Assembly (NCBI GenBank): GCA_026770705.1
Contig: JANJGN010000035.1
Span: 310,001 to 374,000, forward strand
Direction: 5' to 3'
Source of the DNA: Isurus oxyrinchus
Taxonomy: Eukaryota
Length of the DNA: 64,000 bases
Part shown: one piece after another, positions 24,493-37,105 of the stretch
How the letters are laid out: every line of letters starts with the position of its first letter
How positions within the stretch are numbered: the first letter of the stretch is position 1
Notes under the pieces: generated by a model
The model's input: the letters and a program-made list of their open reading frames with translations, nothing else
The model's database searches: none
Told to the model about the DNA's origin: nothing
Translations under genes and position numbers: made by a program

Positions 24493-25597
24493 GCTGAATA
24501 CTTGTGGAATTGTCTCTCCGTTCTGTGAACTTAGGTCACACTGAGAGGTCACATCATGCCCTCAATCTTGATTTTCCCGTCAACATGCTCACAAGCAGTG
24601 GATCAGTGGGACCAGGGTTTATGCCAATTGGATGGCATCTCTCTCTTGTAATGCAACTGGATTAGCAATCTGATAAATCAAAAGTAAATTGTTATCTAAA
24701 CAATTCGAACCAGACTGAAGTCACTACACACAGTTTCTGCGCCAAACATTGGACTGGAGATCACCGGCAGCCCGCCATACAAATGTGTTCTGTACCCTCC
24801 TGACTCAGATAGCGAGCTCAAAATTAATTGCATCTTGAATACTGGAAGCAACGTTCATCCACATAACTATAATGCACAGTTATTCATCGTATTTATATTG
24901 TATACAGTGTTCTCATAAATCCGACTCACTCAAATGAGAATAATTGTAAAAACGATCAATTATATATAAAACTGCAAAGTGCAATTGTGAAAATGTGTGA
25001 GACAGAAGGGCAGGTAACTATCGAAACTTTGGTGAGAGAGAGAGACAGAGTCACCCATTGCTTCCAGAAGAGTGGATGATTGAAAATGTTACATCCAGAT
25101 TCAAAAAAATGGGATAAAAGTTAAACTGCCTATTGCCGGCCAGCCTGTTTCACGCATATGGCGGGGAAGCTTAGACAAACAATAATCCTGAAATAAATAA
25201 ATTGAAATAGAGAAATAAATCAGAAGCCTGGCGATCGCCGACACTGGCTGCTCTCCTCCAAGTTTGACGTGAGTATTAAATGTGCAGATTTCACTATTAG
25301 CACATTTTCGCATTGAGAAATGGAGCCACTAGTCTCACGAAGAATTGTCCTGACCAGGGGGCAACTCAATTTTTTTATTCAACAATTATGCCATTTTTTG
25401 GGTTATTAAGCATTATAAATCCAGATTCTAATTGAAACACAGTGAGTTCACTGAGAGAAGGTATCCATTCATCTTCGCCTCTGATGTAATTGAAGGAAGG
25501 CGGCACCCCTACAGTACCACATTGAACCCACCTCTTCAGTTTCATTTGTGAATGTGAGAAGCTAACACTAGGTTTCTTTACTTTGGTTACTTTGGTA

Positions 25598-25718
25598 AAA
25601 GGCTATAGGCCAAGTGCTGGTGAATGGGGTTAGATAGCTGGTCAGGCACTTCTCACGTGCCGGTGCAGACTCGATGGGCCAAAGGCCTCTTCTGCTCTGT
25701 GATTCTGTGATTCTGTGA
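25598..25718 (+). mobile_element. Short CR1 3' tail insertion
   Basis: TCGATGGGCCAAAGGCCTCTTCTG followed by CTGTGATT repeats; absent from the paralog. Confidence 0.75.
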
Positions 25719-26229
25719 AAATCTGATGGTGAATGCCATTCATATTCCTCTCTGTTCCTCCTCGCCAATCTTTCGTTTTCTTTTATTCTAACTCTATTTG
25801 GCCCTTGAACTCCCTCCTAAACCTCCTCAATTTTTGTCACTAAACCGCAGCTCAGCGCCTACATTTAACCCACTGACTATCCCATAACTGAAGTCTTTCC
25901 TCATGATGGCAGGAGGGATTCAGTACATATTTCTTATAATGTTCAATGGGTAAGATCAGTCCATAAGCTACTGCCACTGACCCAGTGTCACAGTCCAAGA
26001 ATTAAAGCCAGAGATTTCCCTGCGGGAATGGGAAAATAATTCTAAACACAAAGGGAGCTAGAATTTCTCTACACGGCAATAAATGTTTCACCCAATGATT
26101 TTTTTTGAAATCTGAGATTCAAAGAGTTTTCTTAAAAGAGATTATTACGAAATATGAGGGAAAAGCGAAGATATGGAGGTAGTCACCAAACAAACAGAAA
26201 AAAACAGAACATGCTCCAGTGAATAAAGG

Positions 26230-26700
26230 GTCTCAACAAGAGTAAAGGTCAAGGAACAGCGCCTGACCTTCCAACTGGGTAGGAAACAGCATTCTGGACT
26301 CAACACAATTTTAGATCAGAACATCTGCCTCAATATTTTTTGGTCACGTTTCTTTCTTTACTCCCTCATGTTACATTCAGACCGTGCCTTAGCAGCCGTT
26401 CACAAACTCAGATGGACACCTCTTTTTTTATTTCTTTCCTACAGCCACTACAATTTGTTTGTAACCATTGAAACTCTCCTCCTGCTCTCTACCCTCATTG
26501 ACATTCTCTTTTGCACATCCAACCTCCTCCCGCACTCCACTGGTTTAAACCCTTGTTACATTTACATCTTTCCTCCATTTTGATAAAAAAAATCATCGAC
26601 ATGAACAGTTCGCCTTGGGTCTCCACAGATTCTTTATGAACTGTTGAATATTTCCACAATTTTCTGTTCACTTAGGATTTCCAGTGTCTGTACTACTTTC
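26230..26700 (+). mobile_element. Penelope-like element 3' remnant
   Basis: GIY-YIG C-terminal-like KEQRLTFQLGRKQHSGLN, followed by pyrimidine-rich UTR and terminal motif. Confidence 0.6.
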
Positions 26701-27254
26701 CTTTACAATCTGAAAGCATTTTGGAAAAAATCTTGAACGTCATTCATATTCCTCTCAATTTCTTCTCCGCCGATCTTTCAGCTTTCTAGCTCCGCAAGTC
26801 TGCCGCTACAGCTTCGTCCGAACGTCCCTCAATTCCGGACACTAAAATGCAGCTCTTTGTTGAAGACAGTGGCTACCCCTGTAACGGATTCTCCCCCGTG
26901 ATTTTTGCACTGATTTGATCCACAATTCTGGAATGCTAAGGGAAACAGAAAATCAATCCAAGACCTATTTCAGTTTCCTGGGAATCTCCATTTTAGGTCC
27001 CCAGTGAAAATATTCAAGCCAGGAGTTCCAGCATGGAAATTAGGAAACAATTCTATGCACAAAGGGTCGCATAACTTCAGGACTCTCTTCAGTACAAGGA
27101 AATTAATCCTTGATCGATTGTTGTATTTTAACTCTAAGAATGCAAGAGCATTGGTAGAAGATATTAAGGGCTATGGGGCAAAGGCGAGCATATGGCGATA
27201 GTCACCAATCAGACACAACATCATTGAACATGTTCTAGGGACTAAATGGCCTTA

Positions 27255-27345
27255 AGAGCAACAGAATTCGAGGAACAACAGATCAACTTCGAACTGGGTA
27301 ATCTGCAGCCTTCTGGTCTCAACGTTGAGTTCAACAAATTTTGAT
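27255..27345 (+). mobile_element. Penelope GIY-YIG C-terminal fragment in a local duplication
   Basis: FEEQQINFELGNLQPSGLNVEFNKF; 27010-27510 is a diverged duplicate of ~26000-26450. Confidence 0.7.
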
Positions 27346-27519
27346 ACTAATATCTGCCTCAATGTTGTTTCGAGAGTGTATTTTTTTTTCTTCTTGTTGG
27401 TTTGATTTGTGACGTTTCTTTCTTTATTCTCCATGTTACATGCGGGCCTTTGCTGTGTCTCCAATCACACCTCAACTGGACACAACTTCACTTTCCTTAT
27501 TATACTCCCACAGTCACAA

Positions 27520-28130
27520 AGGTTTGGAAATATTACAACACAGGAAAAGGTCATTCGACCAATCGTTTCTGAATGAGCAATTCACTTAGTGCCGTTCCCC
27601 GCCTTCTCCCTGTATTGGCGGTCTTCATTTAGAGATAGCAGTCTCACTCCGCTCTTTATGATTCCCTTGAACCTACCTTCACCACACTGTCAGGTGGTGC
27701 ATTCGAGAACTTAACCACTTTCCACGAGAAAGAAATGTCTTTTTTTTTCGTCGTGTCTCTTTTGTTTTTTTTAAACAACTGCGCTAGCTCAAACTTGATC
27801 ATTTCACGGATGGGAACATTTGCTTTCCCTCCAACCTCTCCAGACCTTTCGTGATGCTCAATCCCTCTAGCAAATCTTCTCTCAACCTTCCTTTCTCCCA
27901 GGGAATCAGTCCTAACTTCTCCAATCTATCCTCACAACTGAAGCTCCTCATCCTAGGAAACATTCTCGTGAACATTTTCTGCCCTCCTTCCAACATCCTT
28001 CACATTTTTGCATCCTTCCAAATGAGAAGCGAACAGAACCGGGTGGGATACACCAGCTGCGGCTGAACCAGAGCCTTCTACAAATCTTGTTTCTCTTATT
28101 CCCATTACAACACTCTTTGGTTTTAGTGTC
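27520..28130 (-). mobile_element. CR1 3' fragment
   Basis: ORF 27799-27996: QKMFTRMFPRMRSFSCEDRLEKLGLIPWEKGRLREDL; paralog ~49860-50260. Confidence 0.85.
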
Positions 28131-28904
28131 GTGAAAACCTTTGACTCCTGCCCGCTCAGACTTTTGAAGTGACCCCATAAGCATTGGATCAGACATAAAC
28201 TGTGCAGGCCTTCCACATCTAGTTGTGAATAGTGGTGGACAATTAAACACTGACTGGAGAAGGAAGCTCCACAAATAAATATTGGCCTTCCCAGTGGTTG
28301 TCACATCCACGAAGCAATAATAAAAAGCTGTCAATGTATTCCGGGAATCGCAGCAATCCTACTGTGGGGTCCAATTCCAGTTGCTGTTGAAAGGGTTCCA
28401 CAGTGGCCCAATCCGCTTCTTCGACATGTTGACAGATATCACAAGGTCACCCTCTGTTTCACTGAGATTCCTGTCAAGGACAGTTTCCAGTAAGCATGAA
28501 ACAGGGGAACAAAATTTACTGAAATAAATTGTAGTTGATCGAGATGCCTTAAAAGCATTGTTTTTCTTTTTGCCAGAATTACTTCTCAAATCCCTTGAGA
28601 CATCCCTTAATCCATTATATCCCTCTTTGTGAAGGTGTGTGCGCCGGATCAAGGTCAAAGAGCATAAGAAAATGGGTATAACTTCTGCTCTGAGCCAGAA
28701 GCGGTTATCATTCACTTAACCAGACAAACCCATTCGTTCATTAGTATGATCTGAAGAGGAAGAGATGCTTCAGCACAACTGTGTGCACTCGGTTTAAAGG
28801 GAATTACGATACTATTGTTCTTCCTATATTCACACGATATTCTAAATGCTTTCCCCTGATTAAAAATGCTCAGCTCATTGCCTGGTTAATTTGAAAAAAA
28901 GTAA

Positions 28905-28978
28905 AAACGCCATTGAAATTAGAACTCAGGATCACCTGCATTACTGATACAAGATATCATGCACCAAACCACAGCGCA
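28905..28978 (-). pseudogene. Decayed tRNA-Thr-like relic
   Basis: + strand CGCCATTGAAATTAGAACTCAGGATCACCTG...CCACAGCGC aligns with the reverse complement of tRNA-Thr(AGT). Confidence 0.6.
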
Positions 28979-29517
28979 AAGTTATGAACAACACCAGGCT
29001 GCAATATTTTGAACCATATTCTACTATTTTGCTACAAACACATTGGGAATTCTTCATCTGCTAAGCGGCTGGGTGGCAGCGAGAATTGAGAATTTGCAGG
29101 AAGGTAAATTAAGGCGGATATTCATCCAGGAAGTTATGGAATGTTTGAGAAGCTGGAAGACAGATTATACACTTGCACCTATTTCTCATGTTATTGCAGA
29201 AACCACACAGAGGAAACACTGGTGTTATATCTAACTTGGATTGGAAGCAATGCTGATTCACCATTGTGATTCCGGAGTTCAGTAAATTACATTTGAAGTT
29301 CAAGTTTCCTAATCCCAGATTCTTATAAGCATAGAATGGATTATTTGGCCCATCGTGTCTGTGCTCGTTCTTTGAAGGAGAAATTATTCTACTATCATTT
29401 CCCCGCCTTCCCTGATCCCTGCACAATTTTTCTTTTTCTTTTTCTTTTCAGGGATTCAATGTTTCCGACTGCCTTGATTTATGGAGATTTTTTGTTCCTT
29501 CTTTATTATGTCTGTCT

Positions 29518-30665
29518 TCAATACTTTCCCCTTTACAGGTGTGATGAACTTGGCTAACGTCGACATCAAGGCAGTTTTTGTCCGAGTGCAACGTCATGGT
29601 TCCCGAGCACAACTGGAGTTAATGGGAAGCAGAGAGAAAACACTCCGATTCTTGGGGTCATACCATCACAAATGTAAGTTGTTGTTGGAGTTCAATCATC
29701 TGAGTTACAGGATATCACTGCAGGAGTTCCTGGGGATAGAGACCTCGGCCTAAACATATTCAGATGCTTCATCAATGACGTTCAATTCATCTTAAGGTCA
29801 GAAGTGCTGATGTTTACTGATGATGGCACAATGTTCAGCACCATTCGCAAATCCTCACACACTGAAGCAGTCCACGTGCAAATGTATCAAGACGTGGACA
29901 ATTTCCAGGCTTCCGTTGACAAGTGGCAAGTAACATTCGTGCCAAACAAACGCCAGGCAATGACCACCTCAAACAAGGGAGAATCTAACCATTGCTCCTT
30001 GAGTCTAATGGCATTATCATTACTGAATCTCTCATTATCAAAATACTGGGATACCATTGACCAGAAACTGAACTGGAGTAGCCATACAAATGCAACGGCT
30101 GCAAGACAGGTTAGAGGCGAGGAACCCTGCGGCGAGTAACTCACCTCATGACTCACAAAGGCTGTCTACCATCTACAAGACACAAGTCAAGAGCGTGTTT
30201 GAATACTCTCAATTGGCCTGGATGACTGCAGCAACACATCTCCAGAAGCTTGACATCATCCAGGAGAAGATAACCCGCTTGACTGGCACCCTATCCACCC
30301 AACATCCCTCCACCACGAGAGTATAGTAACAGAAGTGTTCTTCACCCAGACGATGCACTGTAGGAACTCACCAAGACTCCTTGGACGGCAAATTCCAAAC
30401 CCACGAACACTACCATCTAGAAGGACAAGGGCAGCAGATGCACGGAGACACCGCTACTTGAGAGTTCTCCTCCAACTTTCACACCATTCTGACATGGAAA
30501 CATATTGCTGTTCCTTCACTAACTCTGGACCAATACTCTAGAAACCCCCCTCCCCCACCACCCCCCTCACCCCACCGCTAACGGAACTGTGGGTGTACAT
30601 ACACCACGTGGAATGGATAAGGCAATTCAACAGTATTTTCTCAAGGGAAACTAGAGATGGGATTT
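29518..30665 (+). mobile_element. 5'-truncated CR1-group LINE family B
   Basis: VDIKAVFVRV, MFTDDGTMF, DKWQVTFVPNK, IYKTQVKSVFEYSQLAW; same family as 6145-7317. Confidence 0.88.
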
Positions 30666-30719
30666 TATTCTCTACAAATTGACAACCGTGCTCAATGCCG
30701 ATCTGGTCTAAAATTCTGC

Positions 30720-30905
30720 ATTCCCTCCCTAAACTACTCAACTTCTACAGCTCCTTCTGATCTTTAAGATGTTACTTAACAGCTTCCCCTTTGACCAAGC
30801 TTTTGTCATCTGATCTAATATCTCCTTCTGTGGCTCAGCATCATTTTTGCTTTATTTGTCATTATAACCCTCTTGTTAAGACTTTTATGACTTATGGCTA
30901 TGTGC
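30720..30905 (+). mobile_element. L2 LINE 3' remnant
   Basis: CTTTAAGATGTTACTTAA...CTTTGACCAAGCTTTTG resembles the L2 ORF end. Confidence 0.55.
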
Positions 30906-30920
30906 CAATATCAGTATTTA

Positions 30921-30993
30921 TCGATGGCGATACAGTGGTGAGCATAGCTGCTTTCCAAGTATTTGACCCCCAGTTCGATTCCCAGCTGCCGCA
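30921..30993 (+). pseudogene. tRNA-Gly(TCC) pseudogene
   Basis: CAGTGGTGAGCATAGCTGCTTTCCAAGTATTTGACCCCCAGTTCGATTCCCAGCTGCCGCA; TCC anticodon kept, stems broken; T run downstream. Confidence 0.88.
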
Positions 30994-31640
30994 ATTTCTT
31001 GTTTTTTTTTTAAACCTCTCAAATCGGAAACCCCAAACATGAAGCTGAATTTGATTCATTTCAATGAAATTTTGCTTCGAACACATGGGCGGGTTTAATA
31101 GAGATATAATTAATTCCCACCTCTACTTACCTTCCATTTAAAATGTAACTCAGATGTTTTCCTTCTTGATGATAATTAAGGCTTTTCCTGAGCTGTAGTG
31201 TGGAGCCGGGATAGAATTACTCAGATTTGTAACATTCAGCGATTCTCTGAATATTTTCCATCTGCTGCTTCCAATATCTTATTTGAATACCGATTCCTGC
31301 GCAGGGATTGTTTTATTGTTCATAAAGTGACAGACTGCTCACGCTGGGAATCTGAAATAATAACAGAAGGTGCTGGAAAAACTCAGCAGGTCCTGCAGCA
31401 TCTCCGGAGACAGGATATGGGGTTTCACATTTCACCTTGATAGAAGTTTTAACAAATCGACCCGCTATCGAAGCATCGATACTGCCACAGCTACTCAGTT
31501 TTTCCAGTATTTTCCATTAGAATCATAGAATGGCGACAACTCTGAAAGAGGCTATTTGGGCCATCTAATCTGTTCTGGCCCTCTAAAGGAACAATTCACC
31601 CACTGCCACTCCGCGTAACCCTGCAATGTTTTTCTATGCA

Positions 31641-31911
31641 TGTGAGTGCGGATGGATTCTATAAATAACAGTCTCTGGTACTGTCTGTGATTGTGGAACT
31701 GATTCTGGGACTATCAGTCTCTGATACTGTCTTTATTTGTTGTATTGATTCGATCAATTTCAGTCCCTGGCACTATCTGCAAATGTGTGATTGATTCAAT
31801 GAATATCAGTCTTTGCTTCCATCGGTGGATCTGAGATTGATTCGGTAAATATCAATCTCTGCTACTAGCTGTGAGTGTGGGATTGATTCTGTATCTTTCA
31901 GTCTCCAACTC
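31641..31911. repeat. 46-bp minisatellite, ~6 units
   Basis: Same unit as 19551-19760. Confidence 0.85.
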
Positions 31912-34663
31912 ACAAACAAGCAGCGTTCCATGTGGGACTAAATACCTCATGCGTGGTTTTCCGCTGCAAATCAGCAACTGAAATCAACATTTTCTACAAT
32001 TCACTTTGATCAGCATCTGAACAAAAGAACTGGAGATGGGGAAAGGTCAGAGAAGAATGAAAAAATCGGACTTGTCCTTTTAGGAAGCTCAATTTGTGAC
32101 CATTCTCCACAGGGCATTTGCTGTTTACGAGCCCATTTTCACAAAGCAATCCTGCAGAAACATGGGAGGATTGAGGAGGCTAGCGAATTTGCTGGGACAG
32201 GGCAATAATTAATACTTACTCACCTCTGAAGTGGGAGTTAAACGGAAAGATTTAGTTGATTTTATGATTTCAGTAGGAAAGTAAAGAACATGTCAGCAAA
32301 TGGGTGAGAGAGGGCGATCTCTGCAGCAATAAAATAGGTTTAAGTCGAAACTGAGGCTTTTTCAGCGATTGGGAACTTTTCAAAAGCAACCATTCTGGTC
32401 TCAGAGACAGGAAGGATCTCGCCTGGGACTCTGGACTGTCCGATTTTCAATGAGAGTTTAGCAGCACACGGAAACCAAAAGTTTCATGCACTAGGACACC
32501 CAAACTCCTTTGCATCTCAGAGCTTTGCTATCTCTCACCGGTTGGATTATGTGCCTCTTTTTTGTCCGTGCTGACAAAATGGACAACCTGACGTTTTATT
32601 ACTTTCTACTCCATTTGCCAGGTCTTTGTCCAATCACGTAACATATCAAGATCCTTACGCCCTCTTCACAACTTACTTTACGACCTACAATTGTGTCGTA
32701 ATTGTTTAACAGCCTTGCCACATGTTCAAGTCTCATTTGTCATTTTTAGAATGTTGTGAATGGGGAGCTATTCCCGCCATTAATTTTTGAAAGCGATAGC
32801 AGAACGAACCACAATTTATACAGGATTTTAAAATATGCATATTTCACCTGGTGTAATTCACCTGCCTTCTCCCCGCAACCCCGCGCATTGTTAGTTCTCC
32901 AACAATCATCTAATCCCCTCTTGTTCTGGGACAGGAAGTGGGAATGCAACCTGTACCTGGGAAGGTCAGTACTAGAGGATTGGCCTCTGCCCCTCCCGGC
33001 CACACAAAGGTGGGCACATTAAAATCCCTATGTGTGGTCCAGAGGCCGCACCCACAGTACCTGCTGCTCCCAGGGGTATTTCCACATCCTGTGCTGTTCG
33101 GTGCCCCTTTTCTGCTTGTTATCGGTAATTGAAAAATTTCCAGGTGAATCAGGAGTGAGCGGGACCGAGAATACGAGAGGTTGGAGCCTTTGGACCGAGC
33201 TGGGAGAGGCCACAACGTTTTAAGTCGGGCAGAGGTGAAGGGCAAGGCCAGAACCATGTGGATCCCGAGAGAGCGAGGATTGTGAATGCAAACAATTATT
33301 TTGATATTGGGGCATGGTAGGGGTGAGGGGGTGGGGGTAATTGGGGAGTCAGGCAAGCATGGATACGGAGAACGGGGAGCCAGGATGGCATGGTGATAGA
33401 GGGTGGGAGGAGGGAAGCGAGACCGGCCTGGAGTTGTTTTTAGTGGGGGAGGCGGGTGAGAGGGCGGAAGAACTGGCTTGAAACTTCTACCCTGATGTTT
33501 TTTGGCATATTCTTTGAAATAAGTGGCCCATTAACCTAATCTTTCCGCGTGTAAGAGCTGTTACAGTGAGAGAATTCTCTGCTTCATCCTCTGAATGTGA
33601 TCTTTAGGGAGACGGGGCACATGGCTGCTGCAGTTTGAAACCTCCTCCACATGATGAGGCCGCTAGTAATGCAGCACTCAGCCCTGTGCTGAGTCAGACT
33701 GCATGGTGCATCCTGGGCTACAAATTGGATTCCCTGCTTTCGGGATAGAGAGAAAAGAAAATATGACCGCAGGCCAGCCATCACCTCAAGGGGATCTGAA
33801 AAGCCTGCAGCACATTTGGGAGATGATCCCCGTGACATGTTTATCTCAACCACGGAAGTCTCTTCATCTGCCGCTCGTGCTTTATTCGAGAATTGTTTCA
33901 GTTTCCACCCTTTCTCAGTGCCACCCCCGCACATAGGGAGATGTTTTCTTCAACTTAGTTTACAGTGGACAAAATGTCCACTTGAGTTTTAATAATTACA
34001 CCCACTTGAAAATGGTCTAGAAACATCTGCAGTACAATAGAGGTCAAACAAAACTCTAGATTGGTGTAGTCATCAATCCTTGTCATAACGTGTTCCCAGA
34101 TCTTTTTGCTTCCCGCCCCTAATTTTCAGTCTTTTCTGACCAATGCTGCCATTCTGACCATTGTCCATTCTCAGTCCATCAGCAGGTTCATATCAGGCTT
34201 TGTCCACTGTGGTTACCATCCCTTTTGGCCATCTCGACATCAGTGACCTTATTGCTGCCAAGGACTCAGCATCCCCGGCAGAGCAAGCTGCAGCGACCCA
34301 TAATTTATGTCTGTTATTCTAGAGCGCAGAGCTGCTGACCAGGATTGAGCCGCTGTCTACCATGAGCAACAAGAAGGATCGAGAGGAAGGGGGGACGTTC
34401 TGTGTCAAATGGAAGGGGCGAGGAAAGGTCTTGGGGAAAATTTTGAGAATAAGTGGAAGCAGAGTGTTTATTTTCTCCTCCTGCAACATAGGGTAGGCCG
34501 CAGTGACAGGGAAAAGCGAGTTAGTAAATAGGCCTGGGGTCATGGCGAACAATGTAGAGTGCAAAACTAGCCAGAAAACTGCATAAAAAAAACACTCTGC
34601 ACAATAATTTATTCAATGCTCCCGTTTAGATGGGAGTGTATAGGTCAAGCACGACCATTTCAC

Positions 34664-35341
34664 TTTTTAAAAAAGATACTAAAGTTTATTTTCCAACCTG
34701 AGCAAGAGTTCGAAGGAATGTTTACAAAATGTTTCGCTATTTCCACTTTAAGACATGATCAATACTCAAAACTAACAAAAATACTAAATAAAGGCCCAGC
34801 GTCCACAAGAAGCCAAACCTACAGTCCAATAATGTTTTAGAAAATGTTTGAATATCACCCCAAAATAGTCTGGAGGTGATGTAATAAAGCAAAGAGTTTA
34901 AGCACGCTCCCCCGGATCCGTTGTACCAGCTGGGTGTCTTTGGGCATAACGGTCACTCTTTTGATATGGATGGCACACAGTTTGGTGTCCTCAAACAGGC
35001 CAACCAAGTAGGCCTCACTGGCTTCCTGCAGTGCTCCAATTGGCACACTCTGAAACCTCAGGTCAGTTTCGAAGCCCTGGGCAATTTCCCTCACCGGGCG
35101 CTGGAAGGACACTTTGCGGATAAACAACTCTATATGGAATTCTGGCATCGGCAGATTTCTCAGAGTGCGACTGTACCCAGCCTGTAGCGACGAGATCTCT
35201 TCACTTCGCCAGTGGATGGAGCATATTTCTGGGCTGTCTTGGAGGCCAGCTGTTTCCTGGGCGCGTTGCCGCTGGTGGACTTCCAGGCTATCTGTTTGGT
35301 ATGAGCCATCTCTACTCAGAGGATCAACTTGACCGCCTGCA
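34664..35341 (-). pseudogene. Histone H3.3 processed pseudogene
   Basis: CDS relic 35309-34898 ([12 protein letters not shown]...APSTG...[23 protein letters not shown]...); S31 and I89/G90 are H3.3-diagnostic; no introns; 3' UTR with AATAAA (34690-34685) and A5 remnant (34668-34664); internal stop and frameshifts. Confidence 0.92.
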
Positions 35342-36789
35342 ATAGTGAACTCATGTAAATTATTTAGGTTCTTGTTGTCAGAGTGCAGCACAAACAATGA
35401 TCATTGCACTGTTACAGAGGCAGATATTAATAGCTGCAATAAACAAAGAACCCTTTTATTCAATCCTATTCATTGTGAATTGACTGATTTCTGAGACATT
35501 CAAATATTACTCTTGGAGAGTTAAAGAAGGAGCTGAGGACCGCTCAGCAACCTGTTGATCTGCAGCTGGGCACTGCTGCTGACCGTGCTGCAGGAGCGAG
35601 CACACAGAAGGTGGAAATAGTGTAGACCAAGGACAGTGTGCACCCTCCTGCCGCTGGACTCCATGGCAATGGGGGTGGCTCAGCACAGAAAAAAAGGGAA
35701 AGTAGCGTCATTCACCTGGGCCTAGTTTGTAGACTAGCCGACAGAAGTGTGCAGGGTTAATGGCCAAGCTGGAGGATGACCAGGAGGAGGAACGACCTAC
35801 CAACAGGATGGTGTGAACCTGCACCAGTGGCACCGAGCAGTGGTCAGCATTGGTGAAAACTGCCACTCTGTACAGTGACAGTGGAAAGGAGCCAAGTGAG
35901 GCAGCCAGAGGGAAGGATGGATGGCAGCATGAGGCTGAGTCTCAACGTTTATTCCCAGTCAGAATGACAGCAGCCACATCAGGCCAATCAGAGCCCCTCA
36001 CCAGCTGCTTTCAAAGTCACATTCTGCTGAGCTTCCTTTGGTAACAGCTGAACTTACATGGGTGGGTAATGCACATGCACAGTCCAGCATCGCAGATCGA
36101 ACATCACTTTATCCATCTCCATAAATATCAGTGGTCAGACAGCGAGTATGACAGGCTGAAATGCAAGCCCAGAGGCAGGAGAATGGTATCCTGTGTGCAG
36201 AGTACCATAGACCGTGGGCTCAGTTGAACAGCTGGACCAAGGCACTAGATGTCCTCTCTGTGACAAGCTGGGTAAGAATTCCCTGTTCCATGCTGCACTC
36301 CACAAATCAGCAGCTTCCTCTACAGTCAGTGATTGCCGGGTCCCTGCACATTATGATGAATTGTTTGAGGCACCTGAAATCAGAGTTGTGTGAATAGAGA
36401 TCCTGCAATTGAATGTAATGAAATTCACGTGGATCATCCCCACGTGGCCCCCGCCCTTCTGCCCCCTCCACAGCTTCTGAATCTATAGCCCTTGGATTCC
36501 TCTGGAGAGCAAGATAAAGCAACCAGCGAGTTTCCCCTTTCCTTTGAAGCTGTGAATCTTGGAAAGCTCATGCGGGAGATTTTTGGTCCCTTTGGTCCCA
36601 GTGGTAATTGACAGCAGGCGTGAAGATGAAAAGTCGGTGAGTGCTTGTGGAACCCTCCCAACAATATGTGAACTTAGGTCAGACTGAGAGATCACATCAT
36701 GTTCTCACCCTTGATTTTGCCAAGAATATGCTCACAAGCAATGGATCAGAGACAATGGTACCTGCATCAATTGACTGGCCTTGTTCTCT

Positions 36790-37105
36790 GGTGACGTCAC
36801 TGGATTAGTAATCCAGAGAGGCTAATGCTCAGGGGACATAAGTTCAAATCCAACTATGGCAGCTGATCGAATTTCAAATCAGTTGAGACATTCTGGGATA
36901 TAAAACCAATTTAAATAATGTTGGCCAACATTAGAGTATCGTCGGTTGTTGTAAAAAAAAGCAGGTTCATAAATGTCCCATGCGGACGGAAATCTGCTGT
37001 CCTTGCCCAGCCTGGTCTGCAGTAATGTGGTTGACACTTAACCATTCTCAAAGGATGGGGGTGCCGGCCTTGTCAGGGATGTTACATTGGAGAGAATGAA
37101 GAAAG
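36790..37105 (+). mobile_element. tRNA-headed SINE with LINE family B tail
   Basis: Head GTCACTGGATTAGTAATCCAG...AGTTCAAATCC (B-box-like); tail GGATGGG..TGCCGGCCTTGTCAG resembles the LINE B 3' end; related fragment at ~53190-53360. Confidence 0.65.

Larger units (their letters stand above)
18838..26070 (+). repeat. Segmental duplication block II, copy A (paralog 30921-40030)
   Basis: Collinear Gly relic, 46-bp minisatellite, Deu-type SINE, BEN-gene exons and distal anchors (GATGGTGAAYGCCATTCATA at ~25725 and ~39688). Confidence 0.9.

Noticed and set aside
26853-26900. Possible tRNA-Asp relic (TCTTTGTT...AGTGGCTA..CCTGTAACG)
   Set aside because: Too short and weak to distinguish from chance.
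34855-35397. 180-aa ORF as a novel histone variant with a new N-terminus
   Set aside because: The N-terminal part is the out-of-frame reading of the H3.3 retrocopy; the true H3 frame has a stop and frameshifts.
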